DNA from: a virus
IMG/VR virus record: IMGVR_UViG_3300035698_031678
Coordinates: 65,296 to 129,295 of that record
DNA length: 64,000 nucleotides
Direction: 5' to 3' (one strand)
Positions 1 to 9,952 of the stretch are shown in pieces; positions within the stretch are counted from its first letter, which is position 1; every line of letters starts with the position of its first letter. Made by a program: the position numbers and the translations under genes. The notes under the pieces are model-generated. The model worked only from the letters and a program-made list of their open reading frames with translations. It had not been told where the DNA came from and did no database searches.

Positions 1-104
1 TCTTCTCCAACGTCTGTAGCTCTACCATCAGATTCTTCCCTGTTTAGTATTTCTATTTTTTTAACTTCTATTGTTGGTTCGAAAAATTTTCTTATTATGC
101 TCAT
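1..104 (-). CDS. partial CDS running off the window start (MSIIRKFFEPTIEV...), likely a late gene
   Basis: ATG at 104 on the minus strand, open to position 1; TAAATA motif just upstream (108-113). Confidence 0.55.
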   Translation of the reverse strand, partial: MSIIRKFFEPTIEVKKIEILNREESDGRATDVGE

Positions 105-171
105 ACCTATTTATTCTGGTAGAAACCGCTTGTTAAAACAATGATTATTTAGTCAACAAAATTCACAGACA

Positions 172-921
172 ATGTACATAAACGAAAACATAAAATGGCA
201 AGGCACAACTTACAAAATAGTTATAAAAACCAACAGTGTAGACACTTTGGATCTTGATATAATCTTGAATAACGTCCTTCAAGAAAAGCATCATGACATC
301 AACATGGTTCAGGTCTTAACAATACTTTCTTTTATTGGTTATATTCCAGATTCAATGGTAAAACATTTTGGTTCTAAAATCAAACCATTCGTTCAATTAG
401 TATCAGACGAGAATGTTATTGAGACACATTATAAAATCATTCCTAAGGTTTTATCAAAAAATTACGCTTTTTTAAACAGTGTATACTGCCCTACAACAGA
501 CAAACATAGATCTGCCCCAGATCTACCAGAAGATTTACTGAAAAAGTTGTTACCATCAATATCTTTTAAAGATTGGTACTACCTTTCTAATAATGAAAAA
601 AGATTGTTCTTGTTATTTGATGGTGAACCAAAAAGCGATATTGTAAACCCAGTAAAAGTAAAGAAAGATAGTACCATAGACTACTTTAAAATACCATTGC
701 TATACCAGTGGATAACAATATCAACTAGAAAACTTAAACCGAAAGATTTAGTAGTCAGAGTTGAAGACATGTACTTTACGGTTGTAGCCTATGCTGATGC
801 TAGCCATTTTATTGACAATTCTGATAAGCGTTTTATCAATTATGGTAAAACAAACCCTATTTTTTATAAGGTAGAAGCTATAAGTGATGTAGAACCAGAA
901 CTCAATTGCTTTCCGAACTAA
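172..921 (+). CDS. hypothetical protein
   Basis: 249-aa ORF at the head of a same-strand gene run. Confidence 0.6.
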   Translation: MYINENIKWQGTTYKIVIKTNSVDTLDLDIILNNVLQEKHHDINMVQVLTILSFIGYIPDSMVKHFGSKIKPFVQLVSDENVIETHYKIIPKVLSKNYAFLNSVYCPTTDKHRSAPDLPEDLLKKLLPSISFKDWYYLSNNEKRLFLLFDGEPKSDIVNPVKVKKDSTIDYFKIPLLYQWITISTRKLKPKDLVVRVEDMYFTVVAYADASHFIDNSDKRFINYGKTNPIFYKVEAISDVEPELNCFPN

Positions 922-958
922 AACAGTTAAAAACCATTTTAAAAATAAAACTATAAAA

Positions 959-1303
959 ATGAATGAAATCAACGAAATAAAGCTAGACGTCACACAAGAT
1001 TTAATATCTTTTAGAATCCACTTTGGCTTATCAGAATGTCGTAATCTACTTAACCTACACCTTTACCAAAATAGTGAGATAGATTCAGAACCTAGAAAAC
1101 TAATTTTTTCTACTAATAATCAAAAACCAGCTGTAGCTCTTGTTGAATTGCTCAACTTTATAAGAATACCTTTACAAATGGTGGTAGTGTTGACAAATAT
1201 GAACTTTTTCAAGAAATATGATTTCGTTCTAAGTGCATCTGGAGGTTACTATCTTACCCAACAGTTTTATGACTTACATGGTAAAGACATTTTGAAAAAC
1301 TAA
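959..1303 (+). CDS. hypothetical protein
   Basis: 114-aa ORF in operon-like run. Confidence 0.55.
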   Translation: MNEINEIKLDVTQDLISFRIHFGLSECRNLLNLHLYQNSEIDSEPRKLIFSTNNQKPAVALVELLNFIRIPLQMVVVLTNMNFFKKYDFVLSASGGYYLTQQFYDLHGKDILKN

Positions 1304-1320
1304 AAATTAAATTAACCATT

Positions 1321-1902
1321 ATGAACAATTTATATAATTTCGACAAAGAAACTCTAGAGTTTAAAAAAAGAGGCTTTTGGCAATTCGACTACAAGATGTT
1401 GTTTTTAATCACTGTCTTAATAGCCAGCAATATTCATTTTTTGTTAAGATACTATAGTCAAGTTAACCTCAACAAGACTAACCTGGTAGTTATGGCAGAT
1501 CAGAAATTTGTTATAGATGATCAGTGTGAAGATTTTACAGAATTAAAATTGTTTGATTTTTTAGCACAATTAAGGATAGACCATCAAAACATTGTTTTTT
1601 CTCAAGCTTATCTAGAAACAGGTGGTTTCACTAGTGACATCTTTATAGAAAACAATAATCTATTTGGTATGAAAAGGGCTAGAGTAAGGAGTACCTTGTG
1701 CATAGGGGAAAACAGAGGTCATGCAGTCTATAATACCTGGAAAGAATCTGTTATTGATTACCTTATGTGGCAGAACGAATACGGAAAAGACAGAAACCCA
1801 GTTGAATATTACGCATTACTCTCAAGAGTTTATGCTGAAGACAAAAACTACGTTCTAAGGCTTAAAGAAATTGATAAAAATTTAATACACCATGACAATT
1901 AA
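1321..1902 (+). CDS. GH73 glucosaminidase-domain peptidoglycan hydrolase with N-terminal TM anchor
   Basis: QAYLETG catalytic Glu, NNNLFGMK and YAEDKNY motifs; hydrophobic MLFLITVLIASNIHFLL. Confidence 0.8.
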   Translation: MNNLYNFDKETLEFKKRGFWQFDYKMLFLITVLIASNIHFLLRYYSQVNLNKTNLVVMADQKFVIDDQCEDFTELKLFDFLAQLRIDHQNIVFSQAYLETGGFTSDIFIENNNLFGMKRARVRSTLCIGENRGHAVYNTWKESVIDYLMWQNEYGKDRNPVEYYALLSRVYAEDKNYVLRLKEIDKNLIHHDN

Positions 1903-2515
1903 CCAAAGGCTATTACCACCAATCTGGAAAGGAAAAATAAAAACAATAGAAGAATACTTTGAAATACAGGGTGTTGAAAAATACACGATAAAAAACGATG
2001 TTGTAACAATAGACCAGGATGCTAAATTGAAGGGTATTTACCTTAAGCTACCATTCAAGATCGACTTAGTAAAAGGCAACCTAGATGTTTCTTTTAACAG
2101 AATAGCTACACTAGAAGACTTTCCTCAAGTTTTTGGAGACTTAGACATTTCAGGCAACGTACTAGATACCATAGACTTTCCTCTAAAGGTCTCTGGGTCT
2201 ATAAACCTAAGTAACAACAAAAGACTTACATCACTAGAAGGTATTCCCGAAGAGATTAAAGGTAATCTAAATGCCTCCTTTTGTAACATAAACAGCCTGG
2301 TAATGACCAAAGATGTTAGTATAACTGGAGACGTTTCCCTAGCTAGCAATGGGATATCTTCTTTAAATCTACCAAACAAACTAATAGTTGGTGGAACTCT
2401 TAACGTATTTGATAACCAGATAAGAGACCACAAAACAAACGTAAAAGCCGAATTCATTGAGCTTTCTGGAAACCCTTGCAACAGTGCAGAGTGGGAAAGC
2501 GATTGTATGTGGTAA
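1892..2515 (+). CDS. leucine-rich repeat-like protein
   Basis: repeats GNLDVSFNRIATLEDFP, GDLDISGN, GSINLSNNKRLTSLEGIP. Confidence 0.7.
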   Translation: MTINQRLLPPIWKGKIKTIEEYFEIQGVEKYTIKNDVVTIDQDAKLKGIYLKLPFKIDLVKGNLDVSFNRIATLEDFPQVFGDLDISGNVLDTIDFPLKVSGSINLSNNKRLTSLEGIPEEIKGNLNASFCNINSLVMTKDVSITGDVSLASNGISSLNLPNKLIVGGTLNVFDNQIRDHKTNVKAEFIELSGNPCNSAEWESDCMW

Positions 2516-2546
2516 TCATTAAATAACTATTAAAATAACAAACGAT

Positions 2547-2804
2547 ATGGCTCAAGAGGTTAAAAATTACGTATTATTAGATAAAAACCAGATTTTGGTT
2601 CCAATGTATCATGATAAAGATGATGTAGAAGTTGGTAAAACGGTATATCTACAAGTCTCCACTTCTATAATGAAAGGTAAGGTAAAGAAGAGACTAAACA
2701 AAAGCGACCATTACGAAGTTACCACAATGTTTAATGGTAAAGAGAAACCTTTTTTCAAAAGAAAATCGGAAATTATGGCTATAGGACTAAAAACGTACGT
2801 TTAA
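2547..2804 (+). CDS. small hypothetical protein
   Basis: 85-aa ORF. Confidence 0.5.
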   Translation: MAQEVKNYVLLDKNQILVPMYHDKDDVEVGKTVYLQVSTSIMKGKVKKRLNKSDHYEVTTMFNGKEKPFFKRKSEIMAIGLKTYV

Positions 2805-2845
2805 TAGCATTCAAACAAATTTTTTAAGATTATAATTAAGCACTC

Positions 2846-3088
2846 ATGACTGAAACCGAATTTTTACAATTGTTACATTCTGTAGCTAAAGATAGAGACA
2901 TAGAATTTGCAATAGAAGAAATAACAATGGAATCTAATTTTAAAACAGAACTCCACCTAGATAGTTTAGATCAGTTAGATCTTGTCATGGGTATGGAAAA
3001 ACACTTTAACATTATGTTAGATTATGATGGTACTAATGCAATGGAAACTGTTGTAGAACTTTACGAATTAACAAAATCAAAAATATAA
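2846..3088 (+). CDS. acpP: acyl carrier protein
   Basis: 80 aa, acidic; LHLDSLDQLDLVMGMEKHFNI matches the ACP phosphopantetheine-attachment DSL motif; TVxE near the C-terminus. Confidence 0.85.
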   Translation: MTETEFLQLLHSVAKDRDIEFAIEEITMESNFKTELHLDSLDQLDLVMGMEKHFNIMLDYDGTNAMETVVELYELTKSKI

Positions 3089-3092
3089 AGCC

Positions 3093-3503
3093 ATGTCTAA
3101 GAAATTTAAGATTAGTAAAAACAAACTGTTTTTTAAAAATAAAAACGGTTCTTTAATGAGATTAGACAAGTATTCCCTGGACTTATACTACTTTGTCATA
3201 TCTAGAATGACTACCGAAGAATTTGTTAAAAAACATAAAGCCCTAAATGATGGGGTAAAGTATGCTATGAACGTTTCGCCAGTTCTTTTACACGTTCCAG
3301 ATCCTTTATCAGGCTACGTTGAAAATTCTCCAACGCAAAATCGTGTGCATGATAAAGGTAAAGTTCACCACACCATGACTATATTTACGCAAATCGATAG
3401 AGTTGCTGTTGTAAAGCTTACTACAGAAAAAAACATTCTAGAATTATCAAATGACGAAAAGATCATAAATTCTGTAGTAGAAACTGATAAAGAAAATTCT
3501 TAA
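3093..3503 (+). CDS. hypothetical protein
   Basis: 136-aa ORF. Confidence 0.5.
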   Translation: MSKKFKISKNKLFFKNKNGSLMRLDKYSLDLYYFVISRMTTEEFVKKHKALNDGVKYAMNVSPVLLHVPDPLSGYVENSPTQNRVHDKGKVHHTMTIFTQIDRVAVVKLTTEKNILELSNDEKIINSVVETDKENS

Positions 3504-3531
3504 TTCTTCTATAGAAATCAAATAAATCACT

Positions 3532-4275
3532 ATGGAGACTGACAATAAAAAGTTTATATTAACAGAAAAAGAATTAAGAGTTGGGGCTGTTAGCTTGCAC
3601 AGACATATGTTGACTGAATCAGAGCAATTTTGCTCTTTAAAGGTTTTAGGTGGAGGTTGGTTTAGTGCAGATAATGTAAACAAAATTTTATACTTTTTTG
3701 GTACTTCTCACGAATTTGGTCAATGTTCTATAGAGCAACTTAAAGAATACAGAGCAAAAAATGAACATATTTTTGGAAAAAAAGGTAAAGATTTTAGATG
3801 GATCTTTTCAAATGAAAATTCTTTAGAAGAAGCTATCTCTGATTATCTAAATTGTAAACACCTAACTAATATGGGTTTAGGCAGCTTTACTAAAAATTTC
3901 ATAGACCCAATTGATAAGCCTTACATCTATAGTAAGCCTTATGGCACGACCTTTGAAATTTCTTTAGTAAACAATTACGAAGACGTTCCTGAAAAATACT
4001 TAGATTTTTTGGTAGATGATATTACTGATGATGAAAGAATCTTGAAAAAGATAAGTTCTGTGATTATAATTGGCGCATTTGACCCTAAAGACATGGAACT
4101 TGAAGCGTTCAAGGTGCTACTAAGTTTAAAAGAACATTCTTTACCTTTAGATTATTTTAATGGTTCTCCTTACTTAATATTTTTGAAGAAAGCTAAGCTT
4201 GTAAAAGGTTCTAAAAGATTAAGTATTACTGAACTCGGTAAGGTGTACGTAGAAACGGTTTTACTATGCAACTAA
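3532..4275 (+). CDS. hypothetical protein; N-terminal Janus/Ocnus (PHP14)-like motif and possible C-terminal winged helix
   Basis: H...VLGGGWF...KILYFFGTSHEFG pattern; C-terminal LKKAKLV...ITELGK. Confidence 0.4.
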   Translation: METDNKKFILTEKELRVGAVSLHRHMLTESEQFCSLKVLGGGWFSADNVNKILYFFGTSHEFGQCSIEQLKEYRAKNEHIFGKKGKDFRWIFSNENSLEEAISDYLNCKHLTNMGLGSFTKNFIDPIDKPYIYSKPYGTTFEISLVNNYEDVPEKYLDFLVDDITDDERILKKISSVIIIGAFDPKDMELEAFKVLLSLKEHSLPLDYFNGSPYLIFLKKAKLVKGSKRLSITELGKVYVETVLLCN

Positions 4276-4436
4276 AGCTACCTTGTTGGATAGTGGGTCA
4301 CAAATCACCAAATTGGTTAGTAATAAGGAAAAGAATATTTAAAAATAATGGACAAGTAAAATACATTAGTTCTAGATATTGTACCAGATGCGAGGAGATA
4401 GTGAAAGATCGAAATTATAAAAAATCTACATTATGA
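4266..4436 (+). CDS. small Zn-binding DUF1660-like protein (56 aa, absent from the ORF track)
   Basis: MQLKLPCWIVGHK...YCTRCEE; fills the gap and overlaps both neighbours (ATGA coupling at 4433-4436). Confidence 0.6.
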   Translation: MQLKLPCWIVGHKSPNWLVIRKRIFKNNGQVKYISSRYCTRCEEIVKDRNYKKSTL

Positions 4437-4759
4437 GTGGTAAAGTGGTAAAATTGAAAGAAATTGTTGAAAAAGAACAAATAGAAAATAAGTGCATACT
4501 GTCTGAAGACGCTTTAATTCTTATTTTTTGTTCATTCTCTAAAAGTACTAAGCTACAGATTGACATGTTTGAATTATACTTTGATTTATTAGAAATCTTA
4601 GAATTTTATAGGGAAAAAGAACATAGTAGTTTATTGTTTGAAAAATCTAAGGCTATATTCTTAAAGTATGATCAAATAGCGGTTCAGGAATTCGAGTTAC
4701 TGACTAAGCACTACCATGAAAGTTACTTAGAAGTAATGGAAAAAATCAAAAATTTATAG
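4433..4759 (+). CDS. hypothetical protein
   Basis: 108-aa ORF, translationally coupled. Confidence 0.5.
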   Translation: MSGKVVKLKEIVEKEQIENKCILSEDALILIFCSFSKSTKLQIDMFELYFDLLEILEFYREKEHSSLLFEKSKAIFLKYDQIAVQEFELLTKHYHESYLEVMEKIKNL

Positions 4760-4761
4760 TT

Positions 4762-5034
4762 ATGGGGGAAATGTCCGAATATTACAGAAATCCAAAAGAT
4801 GGTATAGAAGAATGGAGCAACGAATTAGAAAAACTAGAGAAAGATAGAACCAGAGATACTTATTGGGTTACTAAATCTGGAAAGAAATCTAAAATAAAGG
4901 ATTTGTCAGATTTGCACCTTAGAAACATAGTAAACCACACCATAAATTCTAAAAAACTAAATAAAGAAAGTAAGTTGTCTTTGCTTAGAACAATTGATTT
5001 AGAAATGAAATTTAGAGAAGATAATGAAAAGTGA
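4762..5034 (+). CDS. hypothetical phage protein
   Basis: WVTKSG...IKDLSDLHLRNI motif seen in small phage proteins. Confidence 0.55.
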   Translation: MGEMSEYYRNPKDGIEEWSNELEKLEKDRTRDTYWVTKSGKKSKIKDLSDLHLRNIVNHTINSKKLNKESKLSLLRTIDLEMKFREDNEK

Positions 5035-5269
5035 TAGGTTAGATTGGAAAAGAGATTTTTTCACAATAGTAAAAAGAAATGATTACTACTATGTAATAAA
5101 TATGTTTGGTATAAAGATTAAACTTTCAGATACCTTTGGTACAGTTTGCCACCCTTTAGCCCTTTGCAGTATAGCAGATGCAGAATCACTCATTAAAGTT
5201 TTGGGTATTTTTAGAAGCAGAATAAGTTATAAAAAGCTAAAAAACATAAATTACCGTTATGAATATTGA
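5024..5269 (+). CDS. hypothetical protein
   Basis: 81-aa ORF overlapping neighbours. Confidence 0.45.
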   Translation: MKSDRLDWKRDFFTIVKRNDYYYVINMFGIKIKLSDTFGTVCHPLALCSIADAESLIKVLGIFRSRISYKKLKNINYRYEY

Positions 5270-5546
5270 CAACTATATTAAGAAAAATAATTTAGAAATT
5301 ATAAAGTGGGCTGATGGAATCTTAAGTGATTACAGAGACTACAGTAAAGAAAGAGATAATATTTCTTGGATGGTTGGCGATAAAAGAATATACATGGTAA
5401 ATTTAAGTACAGATGAATTGTTTTCTGTATTATATGAATCAAGCATTTTCCAAGGTTTTTTATTGTCTGACAAACTAGAATTAGTAAAGATATTTACTCT
5501 AGAGATCAATATGAGAACCAGGTTTGGTTTAATTGGTAAACCTTAA
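5259..5546 (+). CDS. hypothetical protein, weakly similar to 4762-5034
   Basis: W..G.....LS..L pattern and LE..MR ending resemble the 4762 ORF. Confidence 0.45.
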   Translation: MNIDNYIKKNNLEIIKWADGILSDYRDYSKERDNISWMVGDKRIYMVNLSTDELFSVLYESSIFQGFLLSDKLELVKIFTLEINMRTRFGLIGKP

Positions 5547-7189
5547 AAGGTACTTCCGAATAGTTTACTAGCATCTAGAGCAGTCATTGGATGACCACTA
5601 GTCTTTAGCATTTCTTGCAAATCTTCTGATTCAAGATACATTTCACCATTACCATTGTTAAATATACTTTCCACACCACTCTTTGGTCTAGGCATTGCGT
5701 CTTTAAGATTTAATGTAAAACTTATTCCTGTAGGAAAGTCGTCTGCACCTAGCTCTTCTGAAAGCCTAAATTCCCAACTTGTTGCTATGAGGTTTCCAAT
5801 CATTGCTATTGGGTTATAAGGATTACCTACTGTCATGTGATATTCTCCAACGTGTTCTCCAGACAATAAAGCTTTAAAACCCATTACTTGTCGTCTGTTT
5901 CTACCTGACAATAGTTCCATACCAGCACCACCTAGTTTTTTAAAACCATCCGTTATGCTAGATAGGTTACCGCTCAATAGTCCACTTATAATGCCACCAA
6001 ACATGTCTCCTATATTTCCTAAAGCTGACTTCATGTCACCCATTATACTGTCTGTATATTCAGCGCTTTTACCTTCATAAAATGCTTTTTGATCACCTAG
6101 AAAAGGATATCTAGGGCTATTAGGAAAGAATCTTATACTACCACCCCAAAAGTTACCATCTTGGTAAGCTAATGCTAAGAAGTTGCTTATTAAGTCTAAC
6201 ATAGCCATTTTAGGGTTTATTCCATCATAGCTTCTTAGTTGGTAGTCGAATGTAACAGAGTAATCTTTGACACCAGCCTCTATACCATTATCTCTTATGT
6301 GTGTTTTCTTTATTACGTTAACATCACCTCTAACACTGTTTTCCCAATTAAATTTCTTTGCAAATTCTATATTTCTAGCTTGCCTTTGTGAAGTGTCCCC
6401 TTTACCAGTGAGAGCCGAAACTCCTTTAAGCAAAGTATTTGTTCTTCTACCACCCTTTAGAGGAGAATCATCAAAACCCTGGTTGTTTCCTTGTATGTCT
6501 TGAAAATCTGCAGTTAGTTCTTTCCAAGCAACCTCACCTTTTACATTTAGTAATTTTTGTAAAGAATTTTCCGTTGGGCTTCCAAAGTAGGTAACTGCCT
6601 GGGCTAGTGGTCTAACTTTCTTTTCAGCATTGTCTAACCTAGGAAAACTTAGGTTATCATATGTTGGGTGTGGAAACCTTCTAACAGTTATTATTCTGTT
6701 TTCTGGCAACTTATTTAGGTGCTTTAGATATGCAAAATCGGAATAGTAATAAGGTTTACTTGGATAATCTGTATGGTTAAAATCTTTAACCAATTTCCCC
6801 ACACTTATTTCTTCTCCATCACTAAATATTCCATTTTCTTGGTCGTAAAAATCTGTAATAACATTAGTCGGGTCTCCTTTATGGTAGCTAAATAAGGCAT
6901 AAGGATTAAATATAGATTTTACACCTGTTTTGTTAGCACCCTGACCAACATTTAAAGTACTAGTCTTTATTTCTTTATAATTTTGCGATAAGTTGTTATT
7001 GGTAAAGTTCTCAGAATTTTCGTCTCCAAATACTCTGTTGTCTATAGCTGGTGGTAAACCTACAGAAGCGGAAACATCCCTTTCTTTATTAACTACATCA
7101 ATATCAGAGATAGTTGGACTCCTTTCAAAAACAGAATCAACCGCATCATTTATTTGCCCTATTATATTGTTACCTATACCGAAAGCCAT
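5543..7189 (-). CDS. putative virion structural protein (possibly baseplate/tube-initiator-like)
   Basis: 548 aa; tube-like C-terminal strands (FRLSEELGADDFPTGISFTLNLK); TAAATA upstream. Confidence 0.45.
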   Translation of the reverse strand: MAFGIGNNIIGQINDAVDSVFERSPTISDIDVVNKERDVSASVGLPPAIDNRVFGDENSENFTNNNLSQNYKEIKTSTLNVGQGANKTGVKSIFNPYALFSYHKGDPTNVITDFYDQENGIFSDGEEISVGKLVKDFNHTDYPSKPYYYSDFAYLKHLNKLPENRIITVRRFPHPTYDNLSFPRLDNAEKKVRPLAQAVTYFGSPTENSLQKLLNVKGEVAWKELTADFQDIQGNNQGFDDSPLKGGRRTNTLLKGVSALTGKGDTSQRQARNIEFAKKFNWENSVRGDVNVIKKTHIRDNGIEAGVKDYSVTFDYQLRSYDGINPKMAMLDLISNFLALAYQDGNFWGGSIRFFPNSPRYPFLGDQKAFYEGKSAEYTDSIMGDMKSALGNIGDMFGGIISGLLSGNLSSITDGFKKLGGAGMELLSGRNRRQVMGFKALLSGEHVGEYHMTVGNPYNPIAMIGNLIATSWEFRLSEELGADDFPTGISFTLNLKDAMPRPKSGVESIFNNGNGEMYLESEDLQEMLKTSGHPMTALDASKLFGSTF

Positions 7190-7254
7190 CTTTGATTTAG
7201 CTATTTATCTGATTTAGAGATAGTAAGAATTGTAATATATAACTAAACAGAGTA

Positions 7255-7812
7255 ATGAGTTCAATTAAGTTAGTTCCTTCTACACCCACCACTATATCTA
7301 CACCTAGAGTGGGTCAGATGTCTCTGTTCATAGACTCTTCTAATAGCAATTCTCTTAGTTTGCTGGACTCTGATAGAGCTGTTTTGGTTATAGGTAGCGG
7401 TGGAGTTAGTAACGCTGTTTCTGACTACAAGATATTTGACAACATTGCTGCTAGGGATGATTTACCATCAGCGCAAAGAAAAGATGGAACACTAGTATAC
7501 GTAAAAAATACTTCAGGAAGTTCTATAAATCCTAGCCCGAAATTTTATAATCTTAGAGGTGGTATAGAAAACACAAATTGGGTTGATTCTTTTGATATAA
7601 AACAAGCCACACTGACATACGGTAATGATGGTTATGCGGAATTACCTGTACCTCTAAATTTTAATAAAAGCATAGACGTTTACCACAGAGGTATTAGAGT
7701 TATTCTAGATTTACATTACAAGTTCGAAAGTAGTAGGAAACTTGTATGGCTAGATTACAATGGTGTTGCTATTGAACCAGGTGAAAATCTAATAATAAAA
7801 TACTACGAATAA
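7255..7812 (+). CDS. putative fiber/decoration protein
   Basis: DNIAARDDLPSAQRKDGTLVYV and DVYHRGIR...DLHY motifs typical of fiber domains. Confidence 0.5.
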   Translation: MSSIKLVPSTPTTISTPRVGQMSLFIDSSNSNSLSLLDSDRAVLVIGSGGVSNAVSDYKIFDNIAARDDLPSAQRKDGTLVYVKNTSGSSINPSPKFYNLRGGIENTNWVDSFDIKQATLTYGNDGYAELPVPLNFNKSIDVYHRGIRVILDLHYKFESSRKLVWLDYNGVAIEPGENLIIKYYE

Positions 7813-7815
7813 AAG

Positions 7816-8646
7816 ATGGCTTACTTAGAAATCAAACATGTAATTGGTCTTATAGAAGCTCTAGAAATTAGAGCATTATCTGAAGACATAGTAAGGCAAG
7901 ATTTAGAAGGTCTAAACGTAAGTGAATTTAGGCAAGGAATAGACGTATACAATAAGGAACAAGTTAATTCTTTAGTTGTTGGTTCTAATAAAGTCAGGAA
8001 ATTTAAGACCTTTTCTATATTTGAAAACTCTAGTGGTTGGCAATCCTTAGATAAGGCTTTTGTATCAGATGATGGTGATGAAAAGTGGGCTGTATACATG
8101 GCTACTAAGGACACTTCTGGTGTATCCGTTAGTTACGAATCTGCTGAATTTGTTAAAATCTCTGACGAAGATGCTATAGGTAATGCTCTATCTGCGACTA
8201 CTGTATTAGAAGCCTTAGAAAGAAATGGGGATGGTATCAACTCTATAGTGGGTATGAAACTAAGTGAGAGAAACAAATTAGCGTTTCTTAAAAACCTCAC
8301 TTCTGATGCAAATATGGGAAACATAGCGGTCAATACTAACGCTATTGTAACTTTAAATGAGACTTTAACAGGTATAGACGATATTTTTAACGCCATAAAT
8401 GAAACTGTAAATGGGTTTCAAAAAGTTGTAGACGATTTTGTTTCAGAACCTAATGAAAACACTACTAATATTGAATCTAATACAGGCAGAATCGAAAGCT
8501 TAGAAAGTGATTTTAGTGATATGCCATCAATCTCTTTAACATCTGATCTTGAAAATGATGGTGATGATGGTGAAAACCCTTTTATTAATAAAAATGATAT
8601 AGATATTGGTAATGCTGCTCTCGAATTTGAAAACGGTCTAGCCTAA
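7816..8646 (+). CDS. putative fiber protein with coiled-coil segment
   Basis: heptad region NTNAIVTL...NTGRIESLE; TSDLENDG motif; C-terminal FENGLA. Confidence 0.5.
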   Translation: MAYLEIKHVIGLIEALEIRALSEDIVRQDLEGLNVSEFRQGIDVYNKEQVNSLVVGSNKVRKFKTFSIFENSSGWQSLDKAFVSDDGDEKWAVYMATKDTSGVSVSYESAEFVKISDEDAIGNALSATTVLEALERNGDGINSIVGMKLSERNKLAFLKNLTSDANMGNIAVNTNAIVTLNETLTGIDDIFNAINETVNGFQKVVDDFVSEPNENTTNIESNTGRIESLESDFSDMPSISLTSDLENDGDDGENPFINKNDIDIGNAALEFENGLA

Positions 8647-8694
8647 TATCTCTAATAAATATACAGAACAAAAAAAAACTTAAAAAATTAAAAA

Positions 8695-9336
8695 ATGAGC
8701 TTACAAACTAAAGTTTCGGATTTAGTAACTAGAATTGCTACCGAATTTAAAACAGTGAAAACATTGATTTCTGGTAATAATTCAGGAACTTTGTCTTCTT
8801 TAACAACAACAAACAAATCTAGTTTATTGGCAGCAGTAAACGAAATAGTCAGCGACCTTGGTGGGAAAGAGGATAATCTTGGGTTTACTCCTGAAAACAG
8901 CTCTAATAAGGGTTCTGCAAACGGTTATGCTTCTCTAGATGGTGGAGGAAGAGTACCAGCAGCGCAATTACCTGGTTTTCTAGATGACGTACTAGATTTT
9001 GATGATCTTGCTTCATTTCCTAGTGGTGGTGACAGTGGTGTTTTATACGTTGCTACAGATACAAACATAGTTTACAGGTGGACAGGTAGTGCTTATGTTG
9101 CTACAAATGGTGCATTAGCTTTAGGAGAAACTTCTTCAACAGCTTATAGAGGTGATAGAGGTAAAACTGCTTACGATCACTCCCAAGCTACTGGTAATCC
9201 ACACTCTACTACTTATTCTCAATTAGGTAGTAAGCCTACTACTATTTCTGGTTTTAGCATTACTGATGCTTTTACTAAATCAGAAATTGGGGATGTTACT
9301 ACTAATTTTGTAACTGCATTCGAAGCAGCATTATAA
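8695..9336 (+). CDS. putative head/tail fiber protein
   Basis: KGSANGYASLDGGGRVPAAQLP, LALGETSSTAYRGDRGK and TGNPH motifs common in phage fibers. Confidence 0.65.
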   Translation: MSLQTKVSDLVTRIATEFKTVKTLISGNNSGTLSSLTTTNKSSLLAAVNEIVSDLGGKEDNLGFTPENSSNKGSANGYASLDGGGRVPAAQLPGFLDDVLDFDDLASFPSGGDSGVLYVATDTNIVYRWTGSAYVATNGALALGETSSTAYRGDRGKTAYDHSQATGNPHSTTYSQLGSKPTTISGFSITDAFTKSEIGDVTTNFVTAFEAAL

Positions 9337-9345
9337 TAGAACATT

Positions 9346-9951
9346 ATGAGTTTAATAAGCGGATTAGTTTCAGCAATACAAAGAATAGCTACCGAATTTG
9401 GTTCGGTAGCTAATCTTATAAACCAAAAAGTCGATAAGGTAAACAATAAAAGTTTGCTATTAAATTCTGAAATTACCAGATTAGATACTTTGGATATACC
9501 TTTTAAGGAGTATGCAAGCGAGTCCGCTATTTTTAACGATCAATCAAACCAAAAAGTAAGCCACAGCTGTTATAATAAAGATACCGAAAACCTTTACATT
9601 TATTTAGGCACTACAAATGGGGACGAAGATGACTACCATATAATCTATTCAGGTAGGTTAGTAAAAAGTATACCTGATTCAAGCTACACATTAGAAATAA
9701 AAGATAAAAATCGTTATTTAGAGTTTTCTAACCAATGTGTAGTAACAGTCCCTTTGGGTCTTCCAGCTAATTTAGATTTTCAAGGAGAAGCCATATCAAC
9801 TAAACCAGTAACTTTTGTTGCTGCTCAAAATGGCACTTTAAATTATCCATCACAATGTGAAAATATGATAGGAGGTCAATATGGGACATTTGGAATTAGA
9901 ACCAAAGAAGATAACGTGTCTACTTTATTAGGATTCTTAAAACTTAGTTAA
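9346..9951 (+). CDS. fiber adaptor protein
   Basis: N-terminal RIATEF shared with the previous gene; KVDKVNNKSL; C-terminal beta domain. Confidence 0.5.
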   Translation: MSLISGLVSAIQRIATEFGSVANLINQKVDKVNNKSLLLNSEITRLDTLDIPFKEYASESAIFNDQSNQKVSHSCYNKDTENLYIYLGTTNGDEDDYHIIYSGRLVKSIPDSSYTLEIKDKNRYLEFSNQCVVTVPLGLPANLDFQGEAISTKPVTFVAAQNGTLNYPSQCENMIGGQYGTFGIRTKEDNVSTLLGFLKLS

Positions 9952-9952
9952 T

